53,462 bases of DNA, taken from assembly GCA_020024675.1 (NCBI GenBank), contig JAHHTM010000001.1, positions 1 through 53,462 of the forward strand, given 5' to 3'. Under the pieces are notes generated by a model, which made no database searches, was not told the DNA's origin, and was given only the letters and a program-made list of their open reading frames with translations. The position numbers were made by a program, and so were the translations under genes. The DNA comes from Muricomes sp. Lineage in GTDB: Bacteria > Bacillota > Clostridia > Lachnospirales > Lachnospiraceae. This document shows, piece after piece, positions 49,420 through 53,462 of the stretch (position 1 is its first letter; each line of letters opens with the position of its first letter).

Positions 49420-51537
49420 TTGGCAGGAAGAGAATATCCATTAGAGAGAACCAGAAATATTGGTATCATGGCTCATATCGATGCTGGTAAAACAACACTG
49501 ACAGAGCGTATCCTCTATTATACTGGTGTAAACTATAAAATTGGTGATACACACGAAGGTACTGCTACTATGGACTGGATGGAGCAGGAAGCCGAAAGAG
49601 GTATCACAATTACTTCAGCCGCTACAACATGTCACTGGACACAGCAGGAAAAGACAAAAGCAAAACCAGGTGCTTTGGAGCATCGTATCAATATTATTGA
49701 TACACCGGGACACGTTGACTTCACTGTAGAAGTTGAGCGTTCACTCCGTGTACTTGATGGTGCTGTTGGTGTATTCTGTGCTAAAGGTGGTGTAGAGCCA
49801 CAGTCAGAGAACGTTTGGCGTCAGGCTGACACATATAATGTACCAAGAATGGCCTTCATCAATAAGATGGATATCTTAGGTGCTGATTTCTACAATGCTG
49901 TAGATCAGATTAAGACAAGACTTGGTAAAAACGCTATTTGTCTTCAGTTACCAATCGGTAAAGAAGATTCATTTAAAGGTATCATCGACCTGATGGAAAT
50001 GCAGGCTTACATCTATAATGATGAAAAAGGTGATGATATCACAGTTACAGATATTCCAGAAGATATGAAAGATGATGCAGAACTTTATCATACAGAATTA
50101 GTTGAAAAGATCTGTGAACTTGATGATGATCTTATGATGGAATACTTAGAAGGGGAAGAACCTTCAGTTGAAGCTTTAAAAGCTGCTTTAAGAAAAGGTA
50201 CTTGCGAGTGTACAGCAGTTCCTGTTTGCTGTGGTACAGCTTACAGAAACAAAGGTGTACAGAAATTACTTGATGCTGTTATCGAGTACATGCCATCTCC
50301 ACTTGACATTCCACCAATTGAAGGTGTGGATGATGATGGAAATGAAGTAGTAAGAGAGTCTTCTGATGAAGCTCCATTTGCTGCTCTTGCATTCAAGATC
50401 ATGACAGACCCATTCGTAGGTAAACTTGCTTACTTTAGAGTATATTCTGGTTCAATGAACTCTGGTTCTTATGTGCTCAATGCGACAAAGGGTAAAAAAG
50501 AACGTGTTGGACGTATTCTTCAGATGCATGCTAACAAGAGATCAGAACTTGATAAAGTATACGCAGGAGATATCGCTGCAGCAATCGGATTTAAATTCAC
50601 TACAACAGGTGATACAATCTGTGACGAGCAGCATCCAGTTATCTTAGAGTCTATGGAATTCCCAGAGCCAGTTATTGAGCTCGCTATCGAGCCTAAGACA
50701 AAGGCGTCTCAGGGTAAACTTGGTGAATCTTTAGCAAAACTTGCAGAAGAAGATCCAACATTCCGTGCTCATACAGATCACGATACAGGTCAGACAATCA
50801 TCGCTGGTATGGGTGAACTTCACCTTGAGATCATCGTTGACAGACTTTTACGTGAATTTAAAGTAGAGGCTAATGTAGGTGCACCTCAGGTTGCTTACAA
50901 AGAGTCATTTACAAAAGCTGTTGAAGTTGACAGTAAATATGCAAAACAGTCAGGTGGACGTGGACAGTACGGACACTGTAAAGTTAAATTCGAGCCTATG
51001 GATGTCAATGGAGAAGAGACATATAAATTCGAATCTACAGTAGTTGGTGGAGCTATTCCAAAAGAATATATCCCAGCTGTAGGTGAAGGTATCGAAGAGG
51101 CTATGAAGTCTGGTATCCTTGGTGGATTCCCAGTAGTTGGTGTACATGCTAACGTATATGATGGATCTTACCATGAAGTCGATTCAAGTGAAATGGCATT
51201 CCATATTGCAGGTTCTCTTGCATTTAAGGATGCTATGAAGAAAGCTTCACCAGTACTTCTTGAACCAATCATGAAGGTAGAAGTTACAATGCCTGAACAA
51301 TACATGGGAGATGTTATCGGTGATATCAACTCTCGTCGTGGACGTATCGAAGGAATGGACGATTTAGGCGGTGGAAAGATCGTACGTGCTTACGTACCAT
51401 TGTCTGAGATGTTCGGATACGCAACAGACTTACGTTCTAAGACACAGGGACGTGGAAACTACTCAATGTTCTTCGAGAGCTATGAGCCAGTACCGAAGTC
51501 TGTACAGGAAAAAGTATTATCAAGCAAAAACGCTTAA
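49420..51537 (+). CDS. fusA: elongation factor G
   Basis: TTG start 8 nt after [29 protein letters not shown] and NKMD. Confidence 0.97.
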   Translation: MAGREYPLERTRNIGIMAHIDAGKTTLTERILYYTGVNYKIGDTHEGTATMDWMEQEAERGITITSAATTCHWTQQEKTKAKPGALEHRINIIDTPGHVDFTVEVERSLRVLDGAVGVFCAKGGVEPQSENVWRQADTYNVPRMAFINKMDILGADFYNAVDQIKTRLGKNAICLQLPIGKEDSFKGIIDLMEMQAYIYNDEKGDDITVTDIPEDMKDDAELYHTELVEKICELDDDLMMEYLEGEEPSVEALKAALRKGTCECTAVPVCCGTAYRNKGVQKLLDAVIEYMPSPLDIPPIEGVDDDGNEVVRESSDEAPFAALAFKIMTDPFVGKLAYFRVYSGSMNSGSYVLNATKGKKERVGRILQMHANKRSELDKVYAGDIAAAIGFKFTTTGDTICDEQHPVILESMEFPEPVIELAIEPKTKASQGKLGESLAKLAEEDPTFRAHTDHDTGQTIIAGMGELHLEIIVDRLLREFKVEANVGAPQVAYKESFTKAVEVDSKYAKQSGGRGQYGHCKVKFEPMDVNGEETYKFESTVVGGAIPKEYIPAVGEGIEEAMKSGILGGFPVVGVHANVYDGSYHEVDSSEMAFHIAGSLAFKDAMKKASPVLLEPIMKVEVTMPEQYMGDVIGDINSRRGRIEGMDDLGGGKIVRAYVPLSEMFGYATDLRSKTQGRGNYSMFFESYEPVPKSVQEKVLSSKNA

Positions 51538-51551
51538 TTCATGAAAAAAGC

Positions 51552-51580
51552 TTGAAAAAGCTAGGATTATGAAATATAAT
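51552..51580 (+). promoter_or_regulatory. internal tuf promoter
   Basis: TTGAAA (51552-51557), 17-nt spacer, TATAAT (51575-51580). Confidence 0.6.
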
Positions 51581-51655
51581 CAAAAATAGCCAAGTAAAAG
51601 CGAAAAATAATACCTGATTTCAGGTTAGATATTTTATTAAGGAGGATTATTCAAA

Positions 51656-52849
51656 ATGGCAAAAGCTAAATTTGAAAGAACAAAACCACATGCTAATATT
51701 GGTACTATTGGACACGTTGACCATGGTAAAACAACATTAACAGCTGCTATCACAAAAACTCTTTCTGTAAGAGTAGAAGGTAACGCAGCAGTTGATTTCG
51801 AAAACATTGACAAGGCTCCAGAAGAAAGAGAACGTGGAATCACAATTTCTACATCTCACGTTGAGTATGAGACAGAGAAACGTCACTACGCTCACGTTGA
51901 CTGCCCAGGACATGCTGACTATGTAAAGAACATGATCACAGGTGCTGCTCAGATGGACGGTGCTATCCTTGTTGTTGCTGCTACTGACGGAGTTATGGCT
52001 CAGACTAAAGAGCACATCCTTCTTTCTCGTCAGGTAGGTGTTCCAAAAATCGTCGTATTCATGAACAAATGTGATATGGTAGATGATGAAGAACTTCTTG
52101 AATTAGTAGAAATGGAAATCCGTGAACTTCTTAACGAATATGAGTTCCCAGGAGATGATACACCAATCATCCAGGGATCAGCTCTTAAAGCTATCGAAGA
52201 TCCAAACGGCCCATGGGGAGACAAGATCATGGAACTTATGGATGCTGTTGACGAATGGATCCCAGATCCACAGCGTGAAACAGACAAACCATTCCTTATG
52301 CCAGTAGAGGACGTATTCTCTATCACAGGACGTGGTACAGTTGCTACAGGTAGAGTAGAGCGTGGTACACTTCATGTATCTGACGAAGTTGAAATCGTTG
52401 GTGTACACGAAGACACAAGAAAAACTGTTGTAACAGGAATCGAAATGTTCCGTAAACTTCTTGACGAAGCTCAGGCTGGTGATAATATCGGTGCTCTTCT
52501 TCGTGGTGTTCAGAGAACAGAAATCGAAAGAGGACAGGTTCTTATCAAACCAGGTACAGTTACATGCCACAAGAAATTTACAGCTCAGGTTTACGTTTTA
52601 ACAAAAGATGAAGGTGGACGTCATACACCATTCTTCAACAACTACAGACCACAGTTCTACTTCAGAACAACAGACGTTACAGGTGTTTGCGAACTTCCAG
52701 AAGGAACAGAAATGTGCATGCCTGGTGACCACGTTGAAATGACAGTTGAACTTATCCACCCAGTAGCTATGGAAGAGGGTCTTGGATTCGCTATCCGTGA
52801 AGGTGGACGTACAGTTGGTTCAGGTAAGGTTGCTAAGATTCTTGACTAA
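51656..52849 (+). CDS. tuf: elongation factor Tu
   Basis: [35 protein letters not shown] and NKCD. Confidence 0.98.
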   Translation: MAKAKFERTKPHANIGTIGHVDHGKTTLTAAITKTLSVRVEGNAAVDFENIDKAPEERERGITISTSHVEYETEKRHYAHVDCPGHADYVKNMITGAAQMDGAILVVAATDGVMAQTKEHILLSRQVGVPKIVVFMNKCDMVDDEELLELVEMEIRELLNEYEFPGDDTPIIQGSALKAIEDPNGPWGDKIMELMDAVDEWIPDPQRETDKPFLMPVEDVFSITGRGTVATGRVERGTLHVSDEVEIVGVHEDTRKTVVTGIEMFRKLLDEAQAGDNIGALLRGVQRTEIERGQVLIKPGTVTCHKKFTAQVYVLTKDEGGRHTPFFNNYRPQFYFRTTDVTGVCELPEGTEMCMPGDHVEMTVELIHPVAMEEGLGFAIREGGRTVGSGKVAKILD

Positions 52850-52878
52850 TCATAAACCTTATCGTCAATATAGACGTT

Positions 52879-52917
52879 AAAAAAAACCCCGGAAACTTAG
52901 GTTTCCGGGGTTTTTTT
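52879..52917 (+). terminator. strong rho-independent terminator after tuf
   Basis: AAAAAAAACCCCGGAAAC-ttag-GTTTCCGGGGTTTTTTT. Confidence 0.85.
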
Positions 52918-53258
52918 ATGTATTTTTAGAAAATCATCAATAGCTTATAAGAATATACATGATATTTATTATTATAACTTTCTTTCTTAAAATTGAAAAG
53001 GGAGTTGAAATAAGAAACTTGCATGTGTGATAATGAGAGTAGATTATACGTTATAAAGGGGGGCGTTCCCGTACTTTTATATGAGATATTCTAATTACTT
53101 AAAAGAAAAGAAGGTGTAAGTCCAATGAACAAAAAAGAGTTGTTTCAGTATATGTTGATAAATAGTTCTACTTGAATAATTGGAGAATAGAAAATAGAAG
53201 TATTAAAAGGAAATGAAGTAGATTGTGCTAAATTCAACAAATAGGACGTCAATTTAAA

Positions 53259-53462
53259 ATGCAACATATCTATGAGGAGATGGTTATTCTGAAATATAAA
53301 ATAAAAAAACATAGTTATTTACATTATGAAACACAAGAATTGACACAATATCTTAACTTGGAATCAAAACAAGGCTTTCAATTTATAAAAATGTTTGCGG
53401 GATTTTTCGTTTTTGAAAAATCAGATGAAGATCATAAATATATGGTTGATTTAAGAAAAAAT
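53259..53462 (+). CDS. 5' fragment of a DUF2812-like protein (runs off the window)
   Basis: Open frame from ATG 53259 (or ATG 53280) to the window end: ...MVILKYKIKKHSYLHYETQELTQYLNLESKQGFQFIKMFAGFFVFEKSDEDHKYMVDL. The E..L..YLN..SKQGF.....FF.FEK....Y..D pattern resembles DUF2812 N-termini. The RBS is poor. Confidence 0.35.
   Translation, partial: MQHIYEEMVILKYKIKKHSYLHYETQELTQYLNLESKQGFQFIKMFAGFFVFEKSDEDHKYMVDLRKN

Noticed and set aside
53125-53175. 16-codon ORF (MNKKELFQYMLINSST) with an AAGGTG RBS
   Set aside because: It is too short to judge, has no recognisable family and no obvious downstream attenuator that would make it a leader peptide. It is noted inside the post-tuf finding only.

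Overview
A 53.5-kb chromosomal segment from a low-GC Firmicute, most likely a spore-forming gut Clostridia of the Lachnospiraceae type (CotF-like coat protein, SpoVG, bile salt hydrolase, Firmicute-type S12, T-box and L10-leader regulation). Its backbone is the translation/transcription core: rpmG-secE-nusG-rplK-rplA, L10 leader-rplJ-rplL, an intercalated M20 peptidase, then rpoB-rpoC. About 17 kb of housekeeping genes follow (MATE, hppA, prs, dnaI/dnaD-like, murC, glgCD, spoVG, rluA-family, CaCA antiporter, xpaC-like/telA-like, T-box-proS), and then rpsL-rpsG-fusA-tuf. The left 18 kb is a mosaic of small operons, several of them bounded by terminators: xpt, a DnaQ-like exonuclease, radical SAM + TVP38, two DUF4230 genes + DUF805, GDPD, permease + alpha/beta hydrolase, DUF1653, DUF3796-like + XRE, CotF-like, EFR1 ferredoxin, ECF sigma/anti-sigma, bsh, an AGCS symporter, and a NahK-like kinase + CapD-like dehydratase. 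I found no rRNA, tRNA, CRISPR array, IS element, integrase or phage genes, and no convincing defence island. The best candidates for undescribed biology are modest. They are the translationally overlapped radical-SAM/TVP38 pair, the DUF4230-DUF4230-DUF805 envelope operon, the divergent bsh/AGCS pair, the orphan NahK-like/CapD-like pair, a duplicated L1-mimic RNA element showing covariation, and a 232-nt structured rpsL-rpsG spacer. All product calls rest on motif and family recognition by eye, with no database search. CDS start codons were refined from the ORF track using Shine-Dalgarno spacing.
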